Below are positions 13,501-26,908 of a stretch of DNA of 64,000 nt, one piece after another. Below the pieces are notes generated by a model. That model ran no database searches and was not told the DNA's origin. It saw only the letters and a program-made list of their open reading frames with translations. Each line of letters opens with the position of its first letter. Positions within the stretch are counted from its first letter, which is position 1. Position numbers and translations under genes: made by a program. Origin of the DNA: Botryllus schlosseri (Eukaryota); the NCBI GenBank assembly GCA_051294905.1, contig CM119372.1, positions 10,356,001 to 10,420,000 on the forward strand. The letters are read 5' to 3'.

Positions 13501-14559
13501 GCTCAGCACTTTTCGTTGATCCGCTAATGTATCGTACAAAACCAACTTTCACAAATAAACAGAAGCGTTCCATGTCGCTGAACACCGCGAACTGTAGCCT
13601 ACAGAAATACTGAAGCAGTTCTAGTACTCCATACATGGTACATTGTTAACAACACTGGTCACTGTTCAGTGTTCATTACACCAAGGACACACGGGAAATG
13701 CTAAATAGTTACGCATCTACGACTAATAAACTAACTTTGATTGCAGTTATACTATAGCATGTAGAACTCAGAACTGTGGCAGTGAATTCAGGTTGATTTC
13801 GATGATTCGGCTGAATCATCGCAGGGCTCATTTTTCAGCATAAGCAAATAATCTTACGACTGTGGAATGCAATCTATGCATATCTTATGCTGTACGGTAA
13901 AATAGGTCTGTAGTTGGAGCAAGTCTTCTACGACTCATAATTTTTGGGTTATTATGTTTATATACTATGTCGTTACGACTTGCGATATCGCCAACGGGCT
14001 GATAAACTGAAGGTCACGTGAAAAACTGAACAGAACATGAACAAAGTCAACACTACAGTGAACACTGAACAGTTCGTCGCGATACAGATCGCCGAGAGCT
14101 CAACATCTAGACTTGATTTACAACTGAAGAAAAAGACTTCACAACAACTTTTTGCGTTGTCATGAAAATCAGCACATAGCCTGTGCCTGAGAATTTGAAT
14201 TCCCTTCTTCCTCTCAAGGACCTTGCGAACGCTGATCGGGAAATACAGCAATCCAGTCCGAGTTGTTGTTATATAATTATCGAACAATTGCCGCGACGCA
14301 AGTTACTTGGAACATCTTTGTACTTGACGTAAAAGACGAATTACTGAATAGATACGCGCGTTCTCGTTTGTAATCTTCTGCTGCGTGTATTAATTCCTGT
14401 CTGCCGAATTGTCGCTAAGGTCATTTGTCTGCATATGGTTTAATTCGTTACTCCCACGACGCATTGTGCCTTGAAGTAGGCTACGTTTTTATTCGATTTC
14501 AATTCAATTCAATTTATTGCTAGTATTTTCATCATTTCAATGCACCACAGGACTGCGAT

Positions 14560-16080
14560 ACGGTTCCATATACTAATACAGAGAATGGTATTACCGAGAA
14601 TACTATTACCGAGAATGGACATTACCGAGAATGTACATCACCGAGAATGGACATTAACGAGCAGCACCGTAACTGCCGCACCCCAAACCCCCCAATTGGG
14701 GGGGGGGCGAGCTCGATGGGGGGCCCAAAATTATTTCGTGAATTAGTATAAATCATAGAGTATTTTTTGAAAATTTATGCAATTTTTTCAAGTAGCCAGT
14801 AGTCAAGTAGCCATTTATCTTTATTATTGGGTATTGGGCCATTACTGCGCCACGACCCACCAAGACATACACTCAAGTTTTAGGCCATATAACATGCGAC
14901 TCCAAGAAGTGTGCCAGAAAGATTGGCAGCAAGAAAAGCTTGGCCGAAAAGGTCTATGCCCTTATGCAGACCAAAGACTTCGCTATATAGGCCTATACAA
15001 AATACATATAGGTTTAATTGTCCATGTCCATAGGCGCATAAATGACTGGCGCCGAATGTTCCTGTCTTTGCAATCTGAACCTCACAAGACAAATACCATC
15101 CCGCTGGGAAAAATTTTATGCCAGTGAAGAAATACCAATTTGAAATCGTGTGCGTCTCTTATTTTAGAAGCCTACGTTTGGGCGGTTCTATATTTTTTGA
15201 TATAGCAGACTGGAAGTCACGATATAACATCATGTAACGAAGTCATATCAACGGTTCCGCCCGCCCGAAGATGTTTAATCATTATTTACGGGCCCTCACG
15301 TTTTCGAGACACTTCACTCAGCTCTACCGGTAAATCTAATTACGTGAGTAGAGAGGACAATAAATTGATAGCATATTATATATGCAATCACCGATCTGAT
15401 TGACCGATTTTATCATAAATTATCGAAAATTTTCGCGCTTCGAGCTGGCTCACAATACAGTACAGGTAATTTCGTGACAAACGCGAACAACGTGATGAGA
15501 GGGGGTCGTTTTATCACCCTATGGGAGTCCAAGACCCACGTTTTTGGGGGCTTGACGAGGTGCTGTTTCGTTCCTGCCAACGGGTATACGCCCGAAGATG
15601 TTTAATTATAATTGAGTGGTCCTACCTTTTCAAACACACCTCACTCAGCTCTTCCGGCAAATCTGATTACGTGAGCAGAGAGAAGATAAAAATTGATAAC
15701 AATGTATGCAATTCCCGATCATACTGACCGATGAAATCATGAATTCTAGAAATTTTCCGCGCTTCGCGCGCTTAGGTGATAAAAGCTGGCTCACTAAAGA
15801 AACTCCCATTGAATATGATGAATAGTGGTAAACAGTGTATCACCGGAGGGGGGTGTGGGGGGCGAAGCCCCCCAGACGTTCGGTCTTTAACCCTATGGGG
15901 GCTCAAGACCAAAGTTTTTTTGGGGGCCTGACGAATTGCTGTTACGGCCCTGTTAACGAGAATGACATACTGAAAAAGACATGGCCGAGAACAGACATTA
16001 CCGAGAAAGACACGACCGAGAAGTACATTACCGAGAACGAGATAATCGAGAACGAGATTTGACGGCGAATATACCCACAT
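14560..16080. repeat. Composite repeat bounded by arrays of ~15-bp ATTACCGAGAA units
   Basis: Tandem (..CATTACCGAGAA..) arrays at 14580-14660 and 15950-16058 in the same orientation; inverted array at 17260-17360. Internal modules recur at ~2000-3480, 4450-4650, 21200-21760 and 24200-24480. Confidence 0.6.
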
Positions 16081-16489
16081 AGGGTTTCGGTAATCTCAAC
16101 AGCGGTGATCAAAATTCCTTGAATGTCGACTTACTGTCACTGCTTGTGTCACGGGGACAATAAAAATAAAGTTTAACATAAAACTATGATGGGGCTTGCG
16201 TCATTGAGAATAGTACTGACATTTAAATATAGCTGGCCTGGTGCGCACGATATCACCGCTGGCCTGGACAATTGCATCTTCAATTAATACTGCTGATGCT
16301 ATTGTAAGGCGCTCGCTTCCCAACGGAAAGGCCGGTATAATTGGATTAACTCAGCGGGAGGATGATGACTTCGAAAATACTGGGAGCGTAAATGTACAAT
16401 GTACAACGTGAAGTCATGTTCAATTGTTTATATCACACCGATAAAATTATCTATATCTGCCGAATGCCGGTGCGTACCACGGAGCTTTA

Positions 16490-17095
16490 TGAGCATCCCG
16501 CATCCGGTGGTTTTCAACCTATTATGGTCGCGACTCCCCTCCAATTTGAAAACGCTCCGTGGCCCAGATCAAAATTTGACGAGCTGATTACTAAAAGAAG
16601 TCAGCGCCTTTCCCCAGACCTACTCACAGGCTATTTTGGAAGCTGATTACGTTCAACATCTTCGCAAATCCTAGAATAAAGGCAAATGACACCCACGTTT
16701 ATAACCACTATCTTTGAATAAAGCACTTAAATAGCCTTCACCGTCTCTAACACCGTTATCCTATAATTACGATTACGATTAGGCTTATTTCAGTAAATGA
16801 AGGTTATTTTTATTTATTTTTTATTGCAGTTTTTGCGAAGGTGGTATAGTCCCCGCATATTAAAATCAATAAATGTGATAGTAAATCGCATGAAGCGCGA
16901 AGAACAATTTCATGTAGCAGAAATCTCCCCATATATATTGTTATTATGTCGATTTACGAAAAAATTATGAGCCTACGTCAAGCCTTCAAAATTCCGGACA
17001 TATATATAGGCATATTTTAGAAATTCCTCACGGACGCAGTTTGAACAGTGAAATTCCGGACATGTCCTGGAAATTCTGGACGTATGGCAACCCTA
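16490..17095. mobile_element. Partial copy of the hAT-Blackjack-like element at 55166-56326
   Basis: Colinear similarity to 55735-56326, ending in CGTATGGCAACCCTA. Confidence 0.7.
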
Positions 17096-19086
17096 TATAA
17101 TAATCATATATCTAACATATCGTGATACATTTTGAGATTATTCGGTTCGATTGGAAGAGTAACACGTCTGCTCTACATTTTATTCTTTTCATTATTACTG
17201 ATCGTCATGCTCTAATATTCGATCAATAGGGCAACAATAATGTGAATGATTTTATTATTTTCTCGGTAATGTCCACTCGCGGTAGTGTCTTTGTTGGTAA
17301 TTTTCATTCTCGGTAATAGTATTCTCGTTCGTGTGCAACTGTCCCTCTCGGTAATAGCATTGTCTGATGTATTGACCGGGCACGCTGCGACACAATGAAA
17401 GATAGGAAGGCGTCGAAACGACTTGAAGTAGTCTACGAAATCAGACACCCACCTGGCCTAGGCGATATAAAAAAAGGACCCATGCACACTGAATGAAAAG
17501 TAAAAGAAGATAATATAAGAGGACCGGTGATAATCAAAAGGTGGCATGTGTCAGACGGCGAGATCGATATGTCAGGTCGTGGTCGTAGTCCGGTAAAATA
17601 GAGGGCTAAATAGTATTGATTCAGTAAAAATTGTTTGTATTTTGACTTGAATGTAGCTAGACATGCTCGATGACTGTCGGATAGCCGGTTGGTCATACCA
17701 AATCTCAGTTTCGGCAACACAATGAAAGTTTGATGAAAAGTTTGATGGGTCGCTGACCGAAAAAAGGTTGGAAAGCACTGACTATAGTGACTTACCTGCA
17801 CTCTGCACCACCATAGGTTCCTGCCAACGCTGTCTCGGATTGCTGACAGCCTAGCGAAGAAAGCCGGGGAGGCAGTTTTACGTCCCACCTATCAAGAAGC
17901 CGGACCATCAATAGCAGGGGTTCTCAAACTGTTGTTCACGGACCTCTGTGTCCGCGAAAGGGTAATGTTGAGATACATTATCAATAACCTACAAAACAGA
18001 TAATCATTTGGCAATGAGGCCGTGAATGTGGGGCTGTGAAAGAGGTGACATTGTTCGTCAATAATTTGCTTATTGTAGGCATGGAATAGCGTAAATTTAG
18101 ATGAGCTTGGTGCAATGACCTTTTTTAGTAATCACATCAAGGTAGCTTTTTAGGCATCAAGTAGACTGAATCGAGATTGGGCCGGAAAGTCGCGGCCCTT
18201 TTTCTCTTGGTAGTAATATACTTCCGAAATTCTGGGGCATTCTGTTTTTGCCACATTTGCACATTTATATTATAATATTAGTTGTAGCTATAGGAAAGGA
18301 CGTAGTTCATTTTTGTCCTTGATGTTTGTTTTTTTGCGGCATATACACCGACTCATGATACACATACACGCGATCTGCGCATATGCATACCATGAGTGCA
18401 TGATGTGCATATGCCGCTGGACAAGGAAGTGCAGATATAGCCTTTACGGCTTTCTAAGTCATGCACCACCCCTCCATGCTATCCCAGTAATGCATGAGCG
18501 CCAAGCAGGGAAGCCATGGATACCAGTGTTACTAATCAGGTCTTTGGTCTGACCCGGCCGGGAATCGAACCCACGACCTATAGGCTGCTATATGTTAACT
18601 ATAGGCCAACTTCCTCAATTCAGTTAGTTTAGTAACTTTAGTTAATGTCATTTTGGACTAAATCTTTTTTACAATGCGCGAAGATCGGGAATGGCAGCAG
18701 AGTAAAGTCATAGGCCTGCATTCAAGGACGCTGTTACTGTTACTCAAACTCCGGTCGCGCTTAATGCTTGGGTATAGTTCGGGTTAACTCCATTCCAGCG
18801 CAGGTTTCGTATTCAATGGAGATTTCGGGCGATTTTCACTTTTGAATCATTACTCAATAGCTTCGGCAGTGTTAGTCAACGAGTCGTCACGATGCCTACT
18901 ATTGATTGTTGGTGCTCTGTATTGCAATCTGCGGGGACGGAAGCATATGTGCGCTACCGAGTTTCACCCTCAATTACATCAACACATTCATTTTTGAATT
19001 CTAACGTTGATGAAATTTACAATTGAATGACAAAACATAAGGGGGTTCACTCAAACCACAAAATCATTTTGGGATACGGTTTATAG

Positions 19087-19361
19087 CAGTGGTTCCCAAC
19101 GTGGGCGATTTTGAGAAACAGGGGGCGAAAATAACGAAGAAGCGATGGGGGCGAAAGCGTACGAAGGAGACGATAGGGGGCGAAATGTTACAACGCCTAT
19201 AGTTAACTAATCGGCACGAAATACACGTGAAAACAGATTGTTCTGGATTTGCCTCAGAAGTTGACAAGAAAAATGTAAAAGGGGGGGGGCGGCGAAAATT
19301 TTGCGTCGAGTTGATAAGGGAGTGATGAGTCGAAAAAGGTTGAGAAAGGTAGGAACCACTG
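19087..19361. mobile_element. hAT-type MITE
   Basis: CAGTGGTTCC...GGAACCACTG termini, GGGGGCGAAA internal repeats, partly decayed TSD (GTTTATAG/CTCTATAG). Confidence 0.65.
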
Positions 19362-22300
19362 CTCTATAGCTATGCCATTACGCTATCTTGTCGGCTAACC
19401 TTAGTCAAATATATCTTCTCAGAGTCTACTCTAAATCAAATCACCATTCCTCGAATACGTCACATAAAGGTAACTGGCAACAACCCAATGTATGTCCGAC
19501 CCCAATTATCATTATTATTATTTATTTTATGCTATGCTGAATTCAATAATCCCAACCAACTGCAACCAAATTTATAAAGAATATCTGTAATTGTTGAATG
19601 CAGGATGTGATCAAACCAGTTGACCCTACCCAAAGTCATATCGATTAGGCTACTTCGTTAAGTTCCTGTTATTATTTCATGCGTCAATGTTAGACTATTT
19701 TCTTCACGGTTGGACGAATCAAAACTATTTCTCTCTCTCTCAATGAACAAATCTGAAGCTGAACTAAACTACAAAGTATCAGTATCACCAAATCTCTTCC
19801 CGTATGATGTTCCCGAGAATGTACAGTAGCCTACATGAAGCATAATGTTCAAATGAACAATAAGAGCTTCGAGGTGCGCACTGCATGCTGATAGACGTAT
19901 AGCCGCATTTCGTCCTCCTAATATCTCGCAAAAAAGAGGTATTCCTTGCCTCTTTTGTCAATAAAACCTCTTCTCATGATCCGCCACCGCTCCTTCCACA
20001 TTTGGCTTCATCAGCAGCTGAGAATTGAAAAGGATGATATAATAATAAAATTATTAATGATAAATTGCGTTATAATTGATGCGCTATGCGTCACGTGTGT
20101 ATACATGGCAAAATAACGATCGATAAAGAGAATTTTTTAGACGAGTTTCTCATGAGAACTGCTAAGATCATCCATTTGATACCATTTCATCATTTCAGAA
20201 CATCACAATGCATAAAATATCCAATGTACATTCGAAATATATATCGTTCGATTTGTATAGATAGTTGTGTCGTTTATTAGTCATGTCTACAAAAAGAACA
20301 AGAACGCTCTGATGAAAATGTAAGTCCATCAAAGTATCATGGTACGGACAGTACTGATCATGTTTGATTATAGATTAGCCTACTACCTATTACCTACGTA
20401 GGTTAGTGGGATATATAATTTGATAACATATCACGTGCAGGGGTCTCAAACACGCAGCCCGCGCGAACGTTTTGTGCAGCCCGCGACGTCATTTTGGATT
20501 TTCAAGTGTTCGACAATATATTCAACTTCCACATATCTTTTTCAGAGTTGAGAACTTAACGATCACTCAAAAACTTCACCAAAATCGTTAAATCTCATCA
20601 ATCTTCACTATCACATCACTTTCAAAAGCTACCATGCGGTGGAAAATCACATATGCCACATTTCTAGACATGATGATAAAACATGACTCGTTGATGATTC
20701 GAGACTGAAAATTGTGATTTGGACTTGGGCGCGACTGTTCGTAAAATTACTCGAATTCGGACTGACTGGGTGATAAAAAATGACTTCAGTTGAGTACGGT
20801 CAAACCATAGCCTATAGCTAAAGGCTATGGTCAAACGTTAAAATCAGAGAAGGACTTGTGACTCGGAACACCGTGACTTGGTACGACCACGGTTGCAACA
20901 AACTATCGAACTGTCGTGGGGAATAGTATAGGCTAATATATCAAAAGGCTTGTGTTGTCTAGCGTATATTGCTATCTAATCAGGTCAGTATGGAAACCAT
21001 TGGCATTCTGTTGTCCCCATGATGTATAGTTATTTACATCATCATGTATCAAATTTTAAAATGATTCAGAACTTCGTGAGGTGACATTAGGGCTGGAAAC
21101 ATGTTCGATTTGACTTAAAGTTCAAGACGTGTCGTTTGACGACATGCGAGCGAAAAGTACAGAACAGACACGAGCTGACTCATCGCTAAACCGCGCAGTT
21201 TGCGCGATCTTTAGTTTTTGATTCATTCATTTTGTGCAGGACCGCAAACCACCCAATTGGAGAGGAGCCGAGCTTGAAAGGAGCCCAAAATTATTTTTCC
21301 AATGAACATAAATCAGAGTGTATTTTTTAAAATTCTTTTTCCAACATTTTTCAATTTCTTTTCGCGATTTAGTGTCACTAAATGTATTGCTTATTAGTTG
21401 CCCTTCTCCGAGAAACACGCATGATTTATAAAAATAGGCATGGCGTTAGCCATTTTCACGCCACGACGTACCAACACATAATGAAATTAAGGCTAACATA
21501 GGACTCCGAAAGGTGTGCCAAAATTCGACAGCGAGAAAACCGATTCAATCATGAATGATCGAAAATTTGCGCTATTGGCTCGATTAAGCTACATAAACTC
21601 TGCTTACACTGAGTAGTGAGTATAGAACGAGTGCGCTCACAAGCACATATGAAAACATCCACCCAACTGTAGGGTCTGGGGGCGAATCCCCCGGAAGTTT
21701 GGCTTATCGTCCTGTGGGGCCCAAGACCAACGTTTTTTGGTGTGGGCTGACGAAATGTTTTTTTCGGCCCGGATTTGCGGATGGCGGTATAGTTGCTATG
21801 TAAGGTGTTGTCTTGCGGCACGCATTATATTCGTAATTGCCATAGTATAGGCTATGCGTCTGGTGGCAGTGGACAATGAGTAGGCTAGGGCGGGGCAAAC
21901 TCGATTCAGGTTCGAGTACTCGAATCACTGTGCCCAGCCCTAGCAATGAGCAAGGTAGAACCACAAGGTGTTTGGTTATGACTCCGAAACGCTTTGTCTC
22001 TCGGTGTTGTCAAAGAGAAGAACCCACCGACTTCGTTGCGAAAGTTTGTGAACGACTCTCGGCGGTAGCACGTTTATCTGGTCAAGGCAATTTTAACTCG
22101 ACTCAGCAGACTGGCTACCATAAAATCATCTGGATGCCATCTTAAAGTTAATGTCACTCTCTAGCACCATATAATTGCAAAAAACGGTTGCATACATTAC
22201 ATTTTGGCTTCATTTCAATTTTGAAAGTTCACCGGTCCGCCAGACAATTTTTGAAATTTTACCGGTCCGCGAGGTGAAAAAGGTTGAGAACCACTGATCT

Positions 22301-23300
22301 AGAGCTTAAAAAATTATTTTGTAAACCTACAAAAAGTGGAATATTTCCTGTCCCAATTTATTCATCTGAAAAATAGTCTTTGCGGTACGCGCGATTTTAT
22401 GTCAATACGCTTTTTGATTTCAATACAGGTACCATCAGAAAAGGTGTTGAAATTCGGCAGGGGGTACGAGAAATCTTGTTGAAAGCACAGGGGGTATACC
22501 ATCGTTAAAAAGGTTAACAAACACTGCTATTGCTATGATTCAATAATTATTATATTTAAGTTGTTATTGATACTTCCAATCGAAAGCGAATCTAGCGCGG
22601 ATTTTATTTATTTGACATTGGCAATGACATCAGGACATTATCAGGACTATACCAGAAGCCCGAATTAGGCTGCACTGCACAAATGCTCTGATAACAGATC
22701 AGTCTTTGGTACATTCTAAAATATTCTACCTATAATTGTGGCACGTCAATAGCTGCAATATTATGACGCGACAGCTGTTACGATGTCACAATGCGTTTGT
22801 CCTCTCGCATGGTATATATAACTCATTATTTTGAAAAATTATGCCCGCGGCACAAAAAAAAAATTTTATTCAACATTTGAAAATGCGATTTTATTCCGTA
22901 CTAAGCGTGAATAGTACTATAGTAAATTACATTTTCACAATTTTTTTGGAATGCCAGTCTGCAAGGCCCCGCCAAATAAGGCCTACTTAGAAATTGTACA
23001 TCGAATACCCTTATTAATGATGCTGCGGCCCGCAGCGTCCTCAAAAACTAGAAAATTGGCCCGCGAGCAATGTCCCCTCTAAGCTGCGCAGTGCTAACAC
23101 GATCTCTGCGCACAGAAAATCTAAGCTGCGCACAAAAAATCCTAAGTGATGACCTTTTTTAGTCGTTACGCACCGTTGTTCATGGAACCGCGCAGTGAGT
23201 TGGTGATTGCGCGCAGACTCGTCAAAAATTAGAGGGAACATTGCCCGCGTCCCGCGAGCACATTTGAGTTTGAGACCCCTGTCATATAGTGTCCTACAGT

Positions 23301-23717
23301 TAGGGTGGCATTTAAAACAAAATCAATTTAAAACAAACATGTTTAAAACAAGGCCCTTGTTTGAACATGTTTTTTTTATTGTTTTTGTTTTGCCATGACG
23401 TCACGAATATTTAATTATGTTATTAAATATTTTACGGTCGGCGGTAATCATCATCAACAACACCCATTCCGTGGGTGGGTACATGCTAAAACTGCTGAAT
23501 CGACGACTATTTCGAGGGTTCCAGCTACCCCACATAGTATATACGTCAACTATTATGTGTGCAAATCGTCCGTAGGCTCGTATACTACATGGTTTTTCGG
23601 ATGTATTTACTCAATTACGGCATAATTGGACAACGTTTGAAAAAAGAAACATTTTTTAAAATGCATTTGTTTTAAACAAAGTGTTTTAAAACGTCGTCTG
23701 TTTTAAATGCAACCCTA
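23301..23717. mobile_element. hAT-type MITE with TTTAAAAC subterminal repeats
   Basis: TAGGGTGGCATTTAAAAC...GTTTTAAATGCAACCCTA with perfect TSD CCTACAGT. Related copies at ~6680-7190, ~37630 and ~39700-39900. Confidence 0.82.
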
Positions 23718-24610
23718 CCTACAGTGGTGTGGGGTGGACACGACCAAACCGCACCGCTCACTGCGATTGCGTTACGCCGTTGCGGTACTCATTCCATTTG
23801 ACCAATGGCAAGAAATATCACAATTAGAGCCCGACCGATTATATCAAGTCGATATCACACTTCGAGAGAAATATCGGTGTCGGCCATTGAGGTAAAAAAT
23901 ATTAGCAATTTACGCGAGAAAGAATTATGATATTCTCTGTCGCCTGCACCATGGAGTTGCTTTGACGACGGAGATATACGACCGTAAGGTCACCTAGTCC
24001 GCATCCCCGTTTTTCTCCTCTATGCTAACCGTGGATGCTGAATGCTGAGCGCCTAGCAAGATAGCCGCGGATACCAGTTTTCGAGTCTTTGTTCTGACCC
24101 GGTCGGCCCCCCAGACCCCCCTCAGGCTGTACGCTGTTACAACCGCTACTGATCATCTCAATTGGGTGTTCGTTGGGTGAGTCAGCTTTTCTCGTCTGAA
24201 CGCGCGCAGCGCGAGAAATTTCTGTAATTCATGACTGAATTGGTCAATATGATCTTGAATTACATATAGGCTATCTGGCTATATTGCTATCAATTTTTAT
24301 CCTCTCTCTGCTCACGTAATCTGATTTACCGGTAGAGTTGAGTGAGGTGTGTAAGAAAAGGTAGGACCCCTCAATAATAATTAAACCTCTCCGGGTGTAT
24401 ACCCCTTGGCAGGAACGAAACAGCACTTCGTCCCCCCCAAAAACTTTAGTCTTCGGCTCCCATTGGGTGATAATGCAACCCACACTACGTTGTTCACTTT
24501 CGCCACGAAATTATGGTGGTACAATTTAGTGAGCCAGCGCTAAGCGCGAAAATTTTCGATAATTCATCATGAAATCGGTCATGATTATAGAGGCTATGAA
24601 TATCGTAAAA

Positions 24611-26503
24611 CAGTGCTCTTCAACCTTTTTCGACGTGATACACCCTTTTAACGTTTGCTCAAAACTCGTACACCCCTGTTCATCAGGGATCTTCAAAAAC
24701 GACTTTTTTCCTCAAATCGTACTGGCTACTTGATAAAATTGTTAGGTTACCGAACTTAAGCCTACACACCAAATTTGGTTCAATTCCAACCAGTAGCTGC
24801 ATGGCTACGGAAGAAGAAAGTTTCTATTTATAATATAATAGGCTTACCATACGTCCTCTTTTAAGAGGATTTGTCCTCTTTTTTGACTTTTTTGAAAGTG
24901 TCCTCGGAGGACGCCCTTTTGTCCTCTTTTTTGAGATTTTGTCCTCCTTTTTGAAAATTTAGGTCAGATATAGAGGAAATTGCGAGTGATATGCCGCAAA
25001 TTAGCGCAGAAGTGAAGCTCCGGCGGGTATTTCGGAGGAAAAGCGGTGATTTCAGCTCTGAGCGAAATGAAGACCTTTTTTTTTAGTCATCCACCAAGCA
25101 ATGTGGAGTGAAAAACGTGTTTTTGAGCTCTGAGCGGAAGTGATGACCTTTTTTTTTTTTTTTTTTTTTTTAGCCATCCACCTGGCAATGTTGAGTAAAA
25201 ATCGTTATTTTCAGGTCTGAGCGGAAGTGAAGACCTTATTTTTTTTGTTTTTTTGTTTTTTATAGTCAACCGACCGCAAAGTGGGAAAAATTCACCGGTT
25301 TTTGAGAATTCTACTCCGGTTTTGTATCTTGCAAATTTCTGAAAAAGTGTCCTCTTTTTGCATTTTCAAAATATGGTAAGCCTATAATATAAAAATAAAT
25401 AACGAAAAATGTGAAATTTTTCTGTTGACCCCATGAAAGTATTAGGTTGTCTTTGCCTATAAAAATGATGTCCTTCAAATTTGGTTCAATTCCAACCAGT
25501 AGAAGCGGAGTTATTGCCGTCAAAAAATTTGGATTTCGTGCCATTCGCAGCCAGTTAGGCCGCCCGCCACGCAAATTGGAATTTATTTCGTGTCAGCCCC
25601 AAAACAGCATGACATTACGAACGATAATCAACCTAAATGTAACAGTAGGCTATTGGGGAGAGAGTAGGTAAAGCTACTGCTGCAGAAGCGGTAATTCAGA
25701 TCAGCGATGATATCAGGCGCACCAGCCTACTGTGTATCAGGTCTGCCTCACACCACACACAGTCGATAGTAGCACATGGGCTGCAAGAGATGTCCGTAAC
25801 CTCAGATCGGTATGCCGCTACCCGCTATGTCTATTGTCGCTAATTTGCATCACTAACAAGAAAATACTAAATTGCAAATGTATGGCGAAATATTGGACAT
25901 AAAATCGGCATTTTAAAACGAAAGGGTTTTATTTCAACATGGAAGCTGTTTCGACCCTGGCTGGCTTACGTCACTTCATTTATGTGCATTGCGGTACATT
26001 TATTAACGTCGGGTAGGAAGTACCGATTCAAGAAGTCTGAGCTATCGCGGCGGTTTCCTCAAAAATCACTAAAAGACAAATGACTAGCTGAACACATGTT
26101 TGTCAACTTCAAACTTTCCAACACCAAACGAAACCATTGGTCTATTGCCGACAGCTAAATGAATAGGAGAAATATTTGTTTATGACATCACAATCAAGCG
26201 GTGTACAGTATTACCAATGATATATATATGTATATATATCATTGGTATTACCATAGCAATTTACAACGTAGCAACGTAGCTACGTTGTAAATTGCTATGG
26301 TATTACACTTGAGATAACATCGTACCTGCTCATTAACCTGTGCGTCAACCTGTACTGACCCATAAACCTGTCTTTGTGATAGCTAGCCATCGCCTCATTG
26401 TAATTCAGATCTGGTACACCCTGTACACCCCATCCGAGTGGTACACCCTTTGTAAATTCTGGTACACCCTAGGGTGTACGACAACCCCGGTTGAAGAGCA
26501 CTG
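24611..26503. mobile_element. hAT-type non-autonomous element containing nested insertions
   Basis: TIR CAGTGCTCTTCAACC...GGTTGAAGAGCACTG; perfect TSD TCGTAAAA; GTACACCC subterminal repeats. Confidence 0.85.
24839..25384. mobile_element. hAT-Blackjack-like MITE (nested)
   Basis: TAGGCTTACCATA...TATGGTAAGCCTA; perfect TSD TAATATAA; TGTCCTCTTTT subterminal repeats. Confidence 0.82.
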
Positions 26504-26654
26504 TCGTAAAATATATCATTCCTTGGAAAAATTTAAAAATAGAGATTGTAGCACCACCGCACACCCTAGTGGCAGCATATTTACACAGCGAAGTTTCGTT
26601 TGCTGTTAGTTACTGAAGTGGTTGGTCATGCCGTAGTAGTAGCGGAAATAGAGA

Positions 26655-26908
26655 GATAGATGATATTCTTTTTCGCCTGCACCATCGAGTTGCTTTGACG
26701 ACGGAGTTGCGATACGGCTGTGAGGTCATCTAGTCTGCGCCCCCGTTTTTTTCTATTCCATGCTATCCGTGATTGCTGAGCGTCTAGCAGGATAGCTGCG
26801 GCCTGCGGATACCAATTTTCGAGTCTTTGGTATGACCCGGCCGGTATGAACCCACGACCTACCGCTCGAGAAGCTGGACGCATCACCATTACACTATCTC
26901 GCTCGGTT
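26655..26908 (-). mobile_element. tRNA-derived SINE (full length); truncated copies at ~23925-24105 and ~18430-18580
   Basis: Minus strand: A-box-like GATAGTGTAATGG, B-box GGTTCATACC, central GGTCATACCAAAGACT...GCTAGACGCTCAGCA and 3' CAGACTAGATGACC stem-loop. Confidence 0.75.

Noticed and set aside
20438..23281. A single 2.8-kb Charlie-like element between CAGGGGTCTCAAAC and GTTTGAGACCCCTG
   Set aside because: The termini match but the flanking 8-mers (ATCACGTG / TCATATAG) do not form a TSD and the interior is a mosaic, so one insertion cannot be confirmed.
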